Origin: Bacteroidetes bacterium UBA6183
GTDB taxonomy: Bacteria > Bacteroidota > Bacteroidia > UKL13-3
Assembly: GCA_002422865.1 (NCBI GenBank)
Contig: DITN01000036.1
Location: 8,246 to 72,245, forward strand
Length of the DNA: 64,000 bases
Reading direction: 5' to 3'
This document shows positions 1 to 10,417 of this stretch, in pieces. A model generated the notes under the pieces. It was not told where the DNA came from and made no database searches. It saw only the letters and a program-made list of their open reading frames with translations. Positions within the stretch are counted from its first letter, which is position 1. Each line of letters begins with the position of its first letter. Made by a program: the position numbers and the translations under genes.

Positions 1-1147
1 ATTAAGTACTGTTTTACTTTATGTGGTTGGGTTGAGGGTATTAAAAAACAAACTTTATGCATTAGCACTTCCACTTATTTTAGTAAGTTCAACAGGTTTT
101 GTAAGTCAACACATTGCCCGCAGTGGTGATACCGATAGTATTTTGGCGTTTTTTATTTTAGCACAGTCCATTACCTTTTATGGATTTACAACTAAAGCAA
201 ACCAACCCAACGCACAATGGTATTTAGTGGCCACTGCCATATTATTAAGTTTAGGTTGTTTAACTAAAGGTATTGCAGGGCTATTGGTTATGCCGGGATT
301 AATTGCTTGGGCATTTTATTCGCGAACAGTAACTTACATTGTTAAAGGTTGGGGGTTTTATGTTGGTTTAATGGTATTTATGCTTTTAGTTCCCGGATAT
401 TATTGGTACAGAAATTTGCTTACACCCGGTTACATAGATGCCATGATAAAATTTGAATTAGGTGGCAGGTTAGAACAACAAACCTATTTAAATGAAAACA
501 AACTTCCTTTCTACTATTATTATCAAGCCTTCGTAACAGAAAACCGACTTTTAAATTGGATTTATATTTTACCTCTTGCTATCGTATACCTATTTAAAAG
601 CGAAGCAAGTAAAGCCCGAAATTTAGGACTATTTATGGTATTTGCTTTGGCAGGCATAAGCACGTTGTTGGCATTATCATCAACAAAATTATATTGGTAT
701 GATGCTTCGTTATACCCAATCATTGCTTGTATTATTGGTTTAGCTTCGGCTTTGTTCATCACAAACAACAAACCTGCTTTCGGTTTGCTTTTTATTGTGC
801 TGTTTCTAACACCTTACCAATACATCCTTAAAAACAATGTTTATACTAACGTGCACACCTCATTAGGAAAAATACTACATGAAATTAGGCAGGGAGCGCA
901 CAAAAATGACCATGTTTACATCCTTCATTCTGACGTTACTTTTATTGTTAATTGCTACAGTAAAAAAGACCAACTACAGGGATTTAACAATACCGTTACA
1001 AACCATGAAGACACTAATTTAACCGCAGGGAAGTATATTTTAACAACCAAAAAAGAACGTGATGTGGACGTAAATAATTTGTTTATTTTAGAAACCATTG
1101 CACGTAAAGAGGATTGTGCTTACTACAAAATAATTGCTAAAAAATGA
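1..1147 (+). CDS. ArnT/PMT-family (GT83/GT39-like) membrane glycosyltransferase, 5'-truncated by the window edge
   Basis: Multi-TM protein with '[13 protein letters not shown]' and 'GCLTKGIAG' motifs typical of ArnT-like GT-C enzymes; the frame stays open upstream of position 23 to the window start. Confidence 0.75.
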   Translation, partial: LSTVLLYVVGLRVLKNKLYALALPLILVSSTGFVSQHIARSGDTDSILAFFILAQSITFYGFTTKANQPNAQWYLVATAILLSLGCLTKGIAGLLVMPGLIAWAFYSRTVTYIVKGWGFYVGLMVFMLLVPGYYWYRNLLTPGYIDAMIKFELGGRLEQQTYLNENKLPFYYYYQAFVTENRLLNWIYILPLAIVYLFKSEASKARNLGLFMVFALAGISTLLALSSTKLYWYDASLYPIIACIIGLASALFITNNKPAFGLLFIVLFLTPYQYILKNNVYTNVHTSLGKILHEIRQGAHKNDHVYILHSDVTFIVNCYSKKDQLQGFNNTVTNHEDTNLTAGKYILTTKKERDVDVNNLFILETIARKEDCAYYKIIAKK

Positions 1148-1797
1148 TTACTGCCCAAAATATTACCAAAGCCTACAACCAACTTCAGGTTTTAAAAGGA
1201 ACTAACTTAACCATAAACGAAGGGGAAGTGGTGGCCATAGTTGGCGCAAGTGGTGCGGGAAAAACAACATTGCTTCAAATTTTAGGAACTTTAGATAAAC
1301 CCGACAGCGGTAATGTGGTAATTGACGGTATTGATGTAACCAAACTATCGGCAAAAAAAATGGCCGAATTTAGAAACAGTAAAATTGGATTTATTTTCCA
1401 GTTCCATCAGCTGCTACCCGAATTTACTGCTTTAGAAAATGTTTGTTTCCCTGCTTGGATTGGCAACAAAAGTAAAGCAGAGGTTGAAACACGAGCAAAA
1501 GAATTATTGAGCTACTTAAACCTTGGAGATAGGCTACATCATAAACCGGCACAACTCTCTGGCGGAGAGCAACAACGTGTGGCAGTAGCACGTGCTTTAA
1601 TGAATAAACCTGCAGTTGTTTTTGCCGATGAACCTAGTGGTAACCTCGACTCGAAAAATGCAGAAGAACTGCACGACTTGTTTTTTAAACTGAAACAAGA
1701 GTTTAACCAAACCTTTGTTATTGTTACGCACAACGAAACTTTAGCCAACCGTGCCGATAGAAAACTGGTGATGAAAGATGGCGTTATTGAACTTTAA
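1144..1797 (+). CDS. lolD: Lipoprotein-releasing ABC transporter ATP-binding subunit (LolD-like)
   Basis: Walker [53 protein letters not shown]; ATGA overlap with upstream gene. Confidence 0.88.
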   Translation: MITAQNITKAYNQLQVLKGTNLTINEGEVVAIVGASGAGKTTLLQILGTLDKPDSGNVVIDGIDVTKLSAKKMAEFRNSKIGFIFQFHQLLPEFTALENVCFPAWIGNKSKAEVETRAKELLSYLNLGDRLHHKPAQLSGGEQQRVAVARALMNKPAVVFADEPSGNLDSKNAEELHDLFFKLKQEFNQTFVIVTHNETLANRADRKLVMKDGVIEL

Positions 1798-1823
1798 TAT
1801 TACACAACTAACCTTTAAGCAAC

Positions 1824-2429
1824 ATGAAAAATTTATTGATTTTAATTGCATTATTCTCGCTTACCAGTTGCGCTTTTCATAGCGGAACATTTAACGGAAG
1901 TGCAGCCATTAACAACAACCAATTTAGGATTGCAGGCACAGCACACGGAACTGCACAAACCACACAACTTTTTGGATTAGGTGGTTTAGGTAAAGACGGC
2001 TTGGTGCAGGAAGCCAAGAAAAATATGCAAACCAAATATCCTTTACAAAAAGGAATGGCTTGGGGTAACGTAACTGTAGATTTTAAAACAACCTATGTTT
2101 TGATTGTACGCAAAACCAAGGCAATTGTTTCTGCTGATATTATCGATTTTAATCCTGCTACGATCAATGCAAATTACACAGGATTTTATACAGAAGATTC
2201 AACCTACTTTCCGGCAAGAAATATTACACCAAACATCACCCAAAATTATAATACCGACTTTAATGGAAACAGCATAAAGGTTGATGATGATGTAACTTTT
2301 AAAATAAACGGAACCCTAACTGTTGGGCGAATTATAGCCATCAACTCATACGGCATAAAGTGTAAATATGAAACACCACAAGGCAGCAAAAAAATTTACT
2401 TGTTACCTGAAGATATCAGCTTAAAATAA
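1824..2429 (+). CDS. Lipoprotein, DUF6567-like N-terminal domain plus small C-terminal beta domain
   Basis: Lipobox LTSC at residue 16; 'LFGLGGLGKDGLVQEAKKNM...NVTVD' resembles DUF6567 (recalled, not searched). Confidence 0.6.
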   Translation: MKNLLILIALFSLTSCAFHSGTFNGSAAINNNQFRIAGTAHGTAQTTQLFGLGGLGKDGLVQEAKKNMQTKYPLQKGMAWGNVTVDFKTTYVLIVRKTKAIVSADIIDFNPATINANYTGFYTEDSTYFPARNITPNITQNYNTDFNGNSIKVDDDVTFKINGTLTVGRIIAINSYGIKCKYETPQGSKKIYLLPEDISLK

Positions 2430-2447
2430 TTGTAAGCAAACACGACA

Positions 2448-4358
2448 GTGCAAATTCACGAAATACTAAAACAATATTGGGGCTATGATAACTTCAGGCC
2501 ATTGCAAGAGGACATTATCAACTCTGCACTGGCAGGAAACGACACGCTTGCGTTGTTGCCAACCGGTGGCGGAAAGTCTATTTGCTTTCAAGTACCGGCC
2601 ATGGCAAAAGATGGTTTGTGTTTAGTTATCAGCCCGCTTATTGCATTAATGAAAGACCAAGTGGAGCAATTGCAAAAACGAGATATCCCTGCTGCGGCAT
2701 TGTACAGTGGTATGAGCATTAGAGAGCAATTACTTACCATAGAAAATGCACAAAATGGTGCCTACAAATTTTTATACTTATCACCCGAAAGATTAAAAAC
2801 ACAAGCTTTCAGAGAGCGATTGCCTTATTTAAACTGCTCATTATTGGCTATTGATGAAGCACATTGTATTAGTCAGTGGGGTTATGATTTTAGACCTGAA
2901 TATTTAATGATTGCCGAAGCAAGAGAACTGCTTAAAAATGTTCCTATTTTGGCGTTGACGGCATCCGCAACCGAAAAAGTTATTGTTGATATTCAAGACA
3001 AACTTGCCTTTAAAAAACGGAATGTTTTTGCCAAAAGTTTTACCCGCAGCAATTTAAGTTATGTGGTAAATTACACCGAGCAAAAACTAGAGCGCATGAT
3101 ACATGTTTTAAGCCGCGTGAAAGGAAGTGGGTTGGTGTATGTGCGTAACCGCAGACAAACACAAGAACTGGCCATGTACTTGCGAAAAAACAGAATACCG
3201 GCCGATTATTACCATGCCGGATTACCGCATTTAGTACGTGCAAAAAAACAAGAAGATTGGATTGAAAACCGCACACGCATTATTGTATGTACCAATGCTT
3301 TCGGAATGGGTATTGATAAGCCGGATGTACGTGTAGTGGTGCATTACGAAATGCCCGAATCGTTGGAGAGTTATTACCAAGAAGCCGGTCGTGCAGGGCG
3401 TGATGGCAACAAAGCATATTGTGTGTTGTTACACCACGAAGGCGATGAAGAAACTGCGCAACATAAATTAGCGCTGGCCTTTCCGCCCGAACAAGAAATT
3501 AAACGTGTATATCAAGCCTTGTGTAATTATTACAGCTTACCCGTTGGGGCCATATTGGATAAAAGTTTTGATTTTGATTTAGCCGAATTTGTACAGCGTT
3601 TTAATTTAAATGCGCAAGTAGTTTATCCGGCTTTAAAACTATTGCAACAATGCGATTTAATTGCTTTAAACGAGTCGTTTTTTGAACCCTCTAAGTTTAG
3701 ATTTACAGTTAATCACAGTGAGTTGTATAAATTTCAGGTAGAGAACGAAAAGTATGATGAAATGATTAAAATACTTTTACGCAGCCATGGTGGTATGTTT
3801 GATAATTATGTACAAATAAACGAACAACAACTTGCTAAACGTATTGGTAAGGATGTAAAATTCTTGGTACAGTTTTTAATTCAACTTACCAAACTCGGCT
3901 TGGCCGATTATCAAGCACAAAAAGATAAGCCACAAATAACCTTTACTACCCAACGTATAGCAGCCGAATTAATAGATTTACGTGCGGCACTTATACAGCA
4001 ACGCAAAGAAGTGGCACATGAAAAATTACAGGCCATGATTAACTATGCCAATAACATACATCGCTGCCGCAGTAAATTAATTGTAGAATATTTTAACGAG
4101 TTTGGTTCGGAAGATTGCGGTGTATGTGACGTTTGTTTGAACAGGCAAAAAGGAGATTTGAAAACAAAGGAGAGTGATGCCATACAGCAAAAAATCCAAC
4201 AACTTGTATTGCAAAAACCGTTGCATGTAACTGATGTGGTAAAAGCCGTTCCCGAATATCAACCCGAAAAAGTAACTACCATTATACGTTACTTGCTAGA
4301 TAATGATAAATTGCGCTACAATAACGAACATCAATTGATTTGGAACAGCAGCAAATAA
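2448..4358 (+). CDS. recQ: RecQ-family ATP-dependent DNA helicase (no obvious HRDC)
   Basis: LPTGGGKSICFQ, AIDEAHCISQWGYDFRP, YYQEAGRAGRDG, Zn-binding CR...CGVCDVC. Confidence 0.93.
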   Translation: MQIHEILKQYWGYDNFRPLQEDIINSALAGNDTLALLPTGGGKSICFQVPAMAKDGLCLVISPLIALMKDQVEQLQKRDIPAAALYSGMSIREQLLTIENAQNGAYKFLYLSPERLKTQAFRERLPYLNCSLLAIDEAHCISQWGYDFRPEYLMIAEARELLKNVPILALTASATEKVIVDIQDKLAFKKRNVFAKSFTRSNLSYVVNYTEQKLERMIHVLSRVKGSGLVYVRNRRQTQELAMYLRKNRIPADYYHAGLPHLVRAKKQEDWIENRTRIIVCTNAFGMGIDKPDVRVVVHYEMPESLESYYQEAGRAGRDGNKAYCVLLHHEGDEETAQHKLALAFPPEQEIKRVYQALCNYYSLPVGAILDKSFDFDLAEFVQRFNLNAQVVYPALKLLQQCDLIALNESFFEPSKFRFTVNHSELYKFQVENEKYDEMIKILLRSHGGMFDNYVQINEQQLAKRIGKDVKFLVQFLIQLTKLGLADYQAQKDKPQITFTTQRIAAELIDLRAALIQQRKEVAHEKLQAMINYANNIHRCRSKLIVEYFNEFGSEDCGVCDVCLNRQKGDLKTKESDAIQQKIQQLVLQKPLHVTDVVKAVPEYQPEKVTTIIRYLLDNDKLRYNNEHQLIWNSSK

Positions 4359-5434
4359 TATTCACCGTAACCAACGATTTAACCACCGACCAAAGGATGC
4401 AGCGCATTTGTGCTACACTGCAAAAAGCGGGTTATCAGGTAACTTTGGTTGGCCGGTTACGCTCCCATTCCATTACTTTACATCACTTATCGTTTAACCA
4501 ACACCGCATAACATGCCGGTTTGAACATGGGCCATTGTTTTACCTCGAGTACAATTTAAAACTCTTTATTTTTTTATTGTTTGCTAAATGTACCATCATT
4601 AGTGCTGTTGATGCCGATACCATTTTACCTTGCACTTTAGCTGCAAAAATAAAAGGTAAAAAACTGGTGTTTGATGCCCACGAATATTTTACTGAAGTAC
4701 CGGAATTATACAACCGAAACGCCATTAAAAATATCTGGCAAACACTGCTTAAAACGTGTATACCTATGGTTGATGCTTGTTATACTGTAGGACCAAAACT
4801 TGCCGAAATTTTCACCAACTTATACGGCAAAAACTTTGATGTGATTTACAATATGCCCATCAAAAAAATAGTTGAAACTACAGGTACGAAAAAAGACATT
4901 ATTCTTTACCAAGGCGATTTAAATATTGGTCGTGGTATTGAGCAAACCATTACAGCCATGCAAAACATAAATGCTGAATTATGGATTGTTGGTGATGGAC
5001 TATTAAAAGAGCGCATTATCGCACTAATAACAGAACTCAACTTAAGTGCTAAGGTTAAACTTTTAGGTAAGGTAACACCCGATAAATTGCACGAAATTAC
5101 ACAACAAGCCAAAATTGGCATCAACTTACTTAATGATGTAAGTTTAAGTTACCGATACAGCATTGCCAATAAATTTTTTGATTATGTACAGGCCGGTATT
5201 CCTTCTGTTTGTGCCAATTTTGAGGAATATCAAACCTTGAATAAACAATATGAAGTAGGGGTTTTGTGCGATGACACTGTCGGTAATATACAAGCAGCCA
5301 TTAAACATTTATTAACTGATGTTTTGTATTACCAAAATTTGGTTGATAATTGCAAACAAGCCGCCAAGCATTGGCATTGGGAAACACAAGAAAAACTGCT
5401 CGTATCAATATACAACAATGTAGTGCATGGGTAA
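4340..5434 (+). CDS. Glycosyltransferase family 4 (GT-B)
   Basis: VFDAHEYF, ILYQGDLNIGRGIE, NKFFDYVQAGIP motifs. Confidence 0.85.
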   Translation: MEQQQIIFTVTNDLTTDQRMQRICATLQKAGYQVTLVGRLRSHSITLHHLSFNQHRITCRFEHGPLFYLEYNLKLFIFLLFAKCTIISAVDADTILPCTLAAKIKGKKLVFDAHEYFTEVPELYNRNAIKNIWQTLLKTCIPMVDACYTVGPKLAEIFTNLYGKNFDVIYNMPIKKIVETTGTKKDIILYQGDLNIGRGIEQTITAMQNINAELWIVGDGLLKERIIALITELNLSAKVKLLGKVTPDKLHEITQQAKIGINLLNDVSLSYRYSIANKFFDYVQAGIPSVCANFEEYQTLNKQYEVGVLCDDTVGNIQAAIKHLLTDVLYYQNLVDNCKQAAKHWHWETQEKLLVSIYNNVVHG

Positions 5435-6545
5435 ACAATTGCATGTAATTAGCTTCGATAATCCGTTTCCGCCAAATTATGGTGGCGTAATAGATGTTTA
5501 CTACAAACTTAAAGCCTTATTTGAGGCCGGTATTGAAATCAATTTACATGTTTTTGAATATGGCAGGGAGCGTTCGGTGGAGTTGGAACAAATTTGTAGC
5601 AAAGTAACTTACTATCCCCGCAGAACTTTTGTTAATCCGTTTGTAGGTGCTTTACCCTATATTGTATCAACCAGAAATGATGCTACTCTTTTACAAAATC
5701 TGTTAAAAGATGAGGCCCCTATTTTATTTGAAGGATTGCACTCGTGCTATTTTTTAAGTGAGCCACTTTTGGCCAACAGGATAAAAACAGTGCGCATGCA
5801 TAATATTGAGCACGACTATTACCGCAAATTAGAAGAAGTAGAAAGTAACTTTTTTAAGAAATATTTTTTTGCCAAAGAAGCCGATAGGCTTACCAAATTT
5901 GAAGAAATACTTAAGCATGCCAACCACGTGTTGGCCATTTCGCCAAACGACCAAGTAAACTTAAAAACACGCTTTAACAACATTAAATTACTACCCGCTT
6001 TCCATGCGAATAAAGAAGTGAGTACAAAAACAGGCTCAGGAAAATTTGCATTATATCATGGTAAACTAAGTGTTGGAGAGAATGATGAGGCTGCTCGTTT
6101 TTTAGTAAATGAAGTATTTAACAACATCAATATTCCTTTTATTATAGCCGGAAATAATCCTTCAACAGCGTTAAAAAAAGCAGTAGAAAATCACCCACAC
6201 ATACAATTATTACAACACGCATCAACAGAAGAAATTACCCAACTTACCCAAGATGCACAGGTAAATGTTTTACCCACTTTTCAGAGTACAGGTATAAAGC
6301 TAAAATTAATTAATGTATTGTACCAAGGGCGCTGGGCACTGGTAAACAATTTAATGGTAGAAAATACCGGACTGGCCGATTTATGTACCATTGCCAACAC
6401 AGCTCAAAACATGAAGACGGAGTTAAAAAGACTAATGGATTTACCTTTTGATGAAATGAATTTGGCAAACAGAAAGCAAGTGTTAACCAATGCTTTTTGT
6501 AACCAAAATAATATTAAGATTTTAATTGATTTATTAAACCATTAA
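5427..6545 (+). CDS. Glycosyltransferase (GT4-like)
   Basis: 'SFDNPFPPNYGGVIDVYYKLKAL' and 'TGIKLKLINVL', typical of Bacteroidota GT4-like proteins. Confidence 0.78.
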   Translation: MGKQLHVISFDNPFPPNYGGVIDVYYKLKALFEAGIEINLHVFEYGRERSVELEQICSKVTYYPRRTFVNPFVGALPYIVSTRNDATLLQNLLKDEAPILFEGLHSCYFLSEPLLANRIKTVRMHNIEHDYYRKLEEVESNFFKKYFFAKEADRLTKFEEILKHANHVLAISPNDQVNLKTRFNNIKLLPAFHANKEVSTKTGSGKFALYHGKLSVGENDEAARFLVNEVFNNINIPFIIAGNNPSTALKKAVENHPHIQLLQHASTEEITQLTQDAQVNVLPTFQSTGIKLKLINVLYQGRWALVNNLMVENTGLADLCTIANTAQNMKTELKRLMDLPFDEMNLANRKQVLTNAFCNQNNIKILIDLLNH

Positions 6546-7399
6546 TGTTCATGAAACACCGTTCCCGCCATCAGCATGGCCTGGTTAAAGTGTTTGGTGT
6601 CTAATCCTAAATCAATATTGTTACGATTAAAATATTCCAACATTTTTTCGGTTGGCATGTTACCCGTTAAAGTATCTGCTGCCATTGGGCAACCTCCAAA
6701 ACCTTTCATGGCGCCATCAAAACGGTTACATCCACTGCTGTAAGCCGCGTGTACTTTTTCTTCCCAAGTTTCGGGTGTGGTGTGTAAATGCGCACCAAAC
6801 TCAATGTGTTTAAATGCAGGAATCAAATTGCTAAACATATAGCTTATACTCTCGGGGTTGGCAATGCCAATGGTATCACTTAACGATAAAATTTTTACCC
6901 CAATTTTATCCATTTCGTTTACCCAATGCATGGCAATATCTGCGTTCCAATCATCGCCATATGGGTTACCAAATCCCATAGAAATATACACCACCAATTC
7001 TTTGTTTTTTGATAAACACAATTCTTGCATTTGTTTAACGGTATCTAAAGATTGTGAGATGCTGCTGTTGGTATTACGCTGCTGAAAAGTTTCTGAAATA
7101 GAAAAAGGAAAACCAATATACTTGATGGCATCATGCACAACGGCATCATTTGCTCCACGTACATTAGCCACAATGGCCAGTAATTTTGATTGGGTTTCAC
7201 TCAAATTCAATCCGGCTAAAACTTCTGCTGTATCGCGCAATTGAGGTATAGCTTTGGGCGACACAAAACTTCCAAAATCAATGGTATCAAACCCCACTTT
7301 TAAAAGTGCATTGATGTAATCAATTTTTGTTTGTGTGGGTATAAACTCGTGTATACCTTGCATGGCATCACGCGGACATTCAATAATTTTTACCGGCAT
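6542..7399 (-). CDS. Hydroxymethylglutaryl-CoA lyase
   Basis: ECPRDAMQG, GAHLHT, GFGGCPMA, GNMPTE; start moved to ATG 7399 because the TTG at 7420 overlaps a TAATTTTG -7 box. Confidence 0.9.
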   Translation of the reverse strand: MPVKIIECPRDAMQGIHEFIPTQTKIDYINALLKVGFDTIDFGSFVSPKAIPQLRDTAEVLAGLNLSETQSKLLAIVANVRGANDAVVHDAIKYIGFPFSISETFQQRNTNSSISQSLDTVKQMQELCLSKNKELVVYISMGFGNPYGDDWNADIAMHWVNEMDKIGVKILSLSDTIGIANPESISYMFSNLIPAFKHIEFGAHLHTTPETWEEKVHAAYSSGCNRFDGAMKGFGGCPMAADTLTGNMPTEKMLEYFNRNNIDLGLDTKHFNQAMLMAGTVFHEH

Positions 7400-7623
7400 A
7401 AATAACTTATGAGTCGGCAAAATTACATCATTCTAAATCAATAGTTAAATTTTAAGCATTAAAACCATGTACTGTGTTGTTTAATAGCGTTACTTAAGAA
7501 TTCAAGCAAAGTTAAATACACTAAAAAACAAGCACTTGTAAAAACTTACCGCTTAATGTTAACTTTTTGACGAGTAGCAGGTTTATGTAATTGTAAATGG
7601 TAAAGAATTTAAACTAATTTATT

Positions 7624-7631
7624 TACCTTTG
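7624..7631 (+). promoter_or_regulatory. Bacteroidota sigma-A -7 box (TACCTTTG) for the DUF349 gene
   Basis: Exact TAnnTTTG match 21 nt before ATG 7653. Confidence 0.65.
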
Positions 7632-7652
7632 ACATCCCTTAAAATTAAGGCA

Positions 7653-9566
7653 ATGACAGAAGAAATGAACAACTTGGAACCAACCAATTTGGTTGAAACT
7701 ACCCCGACCACGCCATCAGTGCAGCCAACTGAGGCGGAAATGAATGCATTGGCTGCTGAAAACGTAGACACAGCAGACGTAACACATGGCGACAAAGATT
7801 TGGAAGCTGTTGCAGAAATGCAAGCCGAAGAACAAAACTATGCACAACTCACCAAGCAAGAATTGGTGGATTTGGCGCAAACTATTGTTAAGGAAAAAGA
7901 CTTAACAGAAGCTTCGCACATTTTTAAAGTGATTAAACCCATTTTTGAACAACTGCTCGCTGACGAACGCACATTGGCCTTAAATGCCTTTGTGGAAGCA
8001 GGTGGTAACAAAGATGATTTTAGCTACAAAAGTGATGGAACACGCGAAGCATTTTACCATGCATACAAAGAATTAAAAGATAAACGATCAGCCGAACTTG
8101 CTAAACAAGAAGCTGAACGCCAAAGTAACTTAGGTAAAAAAGAAAACCTGCTTAAAGAGATTCAAAAACTACTTGACGAGGAAGAAACACCCGAAAGTTT
8201 TAAACGTTTAAAAGACTTACAAAGTGAATGGAAGCAAGTAAAAAATGTTCCAAAAGAACATATTGAACGTTTATGGGAAAGCTACCGCTTGTTGCTTGAT
8301 AGATATTACGACAGACTTTCAATTAACAATGAGTTAAAAGAACTGGATCGTAGGAAAAACTTAGACCAAAAAATTGACTTAACCAAACGAGTTACAGAGT
8401 TAGCGCTTGAAACCAACATCAACAAAGCATTGATTATGCTGAAGAAGTTTCAGGAAGAATGGCGTACAATTGGGCCTGTACCTAAAGAAAGTAATGATGA
8501 TATTTGGAACAGGTTTAAAGCCGAGTGTGATAAGATTTTTGAAATGATCAAAGCTTTACAAGCTGATCGTGAGCGTAAGCGTGAAGAAAACTTGGCTGCT
8601 AAAAAAGAGTTATTAGCCAAGGCACTTCAGTTTTCAAACTTTAACAGTACACGCATAAAAGAGTGGATGGAAAACACCACCGTTGTTAACCAATTAATGG
8701 ACGATTGGCGTAAAATTGGTCAGGTGCCATTAAAAGTTAGCGATGAAATTTGGAATGAATTTAGAGCCGCACGTAACCAGTTTTTTAGCAACAAGAATGT
8801 ATTCTTTAAAACCTTACAGGCCGAACGCGATACGAACTTAAAAGCGAAAAACGAACTTTGCGAGAAAGCAGAAGCCATTGCCGAAATGCCATTGGATTGG
8901 AACAAACAAACCGATGAATTAAAACGCATGCAAGAACAATGGAAAAAAATTGGTCCTGTTCCTGAAAAAATTTCTGATGTAATTTGGAAACGATTTAGAA
9001 CAGCATGCGACAGTTTCTTCGAGAAAAAAGCACAACACTATTCTTCACAAATTGAAGAGCAAAAACAAAATTTAGAAACCAAAAAACAATTGGTTGCTAA
9101 GTTAGAAGAATTGCTTAATCGTGAAGAAGGTGCAAATATTTTAGCCGATTTAAAAGCGGTTCAAGATAGCTGGAACAATACCGGATTTGTGCCAATGGGC
9201 GAAAAAGAACGCATAAACAAACAATACCAAGAATTAAACGACAAGGTATTTAATAAGTTCCGCCAAGCCAACCAAGAGCTAAGAGACATGAAAGAGAAAG
9301 GTCATTTAGAAGCTTTGGTGAATGCGCCTAATGGATCACAAAAAATTAAGCGTGAAGAAAAGTTTGTGCTTGATAAAATTAGAGGATTACGCAGTGATAT
9401 TGATACTTGGGAAAACAACCTCGGCTTTTTTGCAAAAGCCAGCAGCGATAACCCGATGGTGGTTCAAATAACCGACAAAATAAAAAGTGCGCAACGCCAA
9501 ATCCAACAGTTGGAAGATAAATTAAAAACCATTCGTGAGTTTTTAAAACAAAATCCACAAAACTAG
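7653..9566 (+). CDS. DUF349 repeat-containing alpha-helical protein
   Basis: Repeated 'LQxEWKxxGxVP...xIWxRF' units; ATG 7653 preferred over TTG 7629, which lies inside the -7 box. Confidence 0.85.
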   Translation: MTEEMNNLEPTNLVETTPTTPSVQPTEAEMNALAAENVDTADVTHGDKDLEAVAEMQAEEQNYAQLTKQELVDLAQTIVKEKDLTEASHIFKVIKPIFEQLLADERTLALNAFVEAGGNKDDFSYKSDGTREAFYHAYKELKDKRSAELAKQEAERQSNLGKKENLLKEIQKLLDEEETPESFKRLKDLQSEWKQVKNVPKEHIERLWESYRLLLDRYYDRLSINNELKELDRRKNLDQKIDLTKRVTELALETNINKALIMLKKFQEEWRTIGPVPKESNDDIWNRFKAECDKIFEMIKALQADRERKREENLAAKKELLAKALQFSNFNSTRIKEWMENTTVVNQLMDDWRKIGQVPLKVSDEIWNEFRAARNQFFSNKNVFFKTLQAERDTNLKAKNELCEKAEAIAEMPLDWNKQTDELKRMQEQWKKIGPVPEKISDVIWKRFRTACDSFFEKKAQHYSSQIEEQKQNLETKKQLVAKLEELLNREEGANILADLKAVQDSWNNTGFVPMGEKERINKQYQELNDKVFNKFRQANQELRDMKEKGHLEALVNAPNGSQKIKREEKFVLDKIRGLRSDIDTWENNLGFFAKASSDNPMVVQITDKIKSAQRQIQQLEDKLKTIREFLKQNPQN

Positions 9567-9569
9567 TTC

Positions 9570-10364
9570 ATGGTGAATTGGCATTTTATTGCAAATTTTA
9601 TTACACATTATTGGAGTGCAACACGTATTGACGTGTTGCACTCTCCTTTTGTATTCGACCTATACAACAGTTGTATAGCGCGGCAAAAAACGCCAACAGC
9701 ACTTTTACCAATAGAGGCATTAAGACAAGAGGCGAAACAAAACAAAACACCAATAACCCAAGATGATTTTGGCGCTTTAAGTCATTTACAAAAAAAACGC
9801 ACCAAAAGTATTTCATATTTTGCGTCAACCCATGCCAAACCATCGCGGTTGGCACATATTATTTACCGCATGGTAAATAAATACCAATACCGTCATTGCA
9901 TTGAACTAGGTACTTCTTTGGGATTTACCAGCATGTGCATTGCAAAAGGTTTATCCAACCAGGCAAAACTTATTACCATAGAAGGTGCAGCGCAAATTGC
10001 ACAAATTGCTCAACAACATTTTACCCAATCAAACACCCAACAAAAAATAGAATTACGTGTAGGTAATTTTGACAAGTTATTACCCGCTGTAATAAATGAA
10101 TTACCTCATGTTGATCTCGCTTTTATCGATGGTAATCATACCTACGAAGCTACCATTGATTATTTTCACCAACTCCTAAATAAGGTGAATAACGATAGTG
10201 TATTAATTTTTGATGACATATATTGGAGTGAAGGAATGACCAAAGCTTGGGAAGAAATTAAAACCCATCCCAAGGTAACTGTAACAGTAGATTTATTTTA
10301 CATCGGGTTGGTTTATTTCAGAACCCAACAAGCGAAAGAACATTTTAAATTGAGGGTATTGTAA
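9570..10364 (+). CDS. Class I SAM-dependent methyltransferase (Methyltransf_24-like)
   Basis: IELGTSLG, AFIDGNHTYEAT, IFDDIYWS. Confidence 0.85.
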   Translation: MVNWHFIANFITHYWSATRIDVLHSPFVFDLYNSCIARQKTPTALLPIEALRQEAKQNKTPITQDDFGALSHLQKKRTKSISYFASTHAKPSRLAHIIYRMVNKYQYRHCIELGTSLGFTSMCIAKGLSNQAKLITIEGAAQIAQIAQQHFTQSNTQQKIELRVGNFDKLLPAVINELPHVDLAFIDGNHTYEATIDYFHQLLNKVNNDSVLIFDDIYWSEGMTKAWEEIKTHPKVTVTVDLFYIGLVYFRTQQAKEHFKLRVL

Positions 10365-10417
10365 CGCAAGATTTGGGATTCATTAACCTTTTGTATATTG
10401 CAGTATAATTTACTTGC

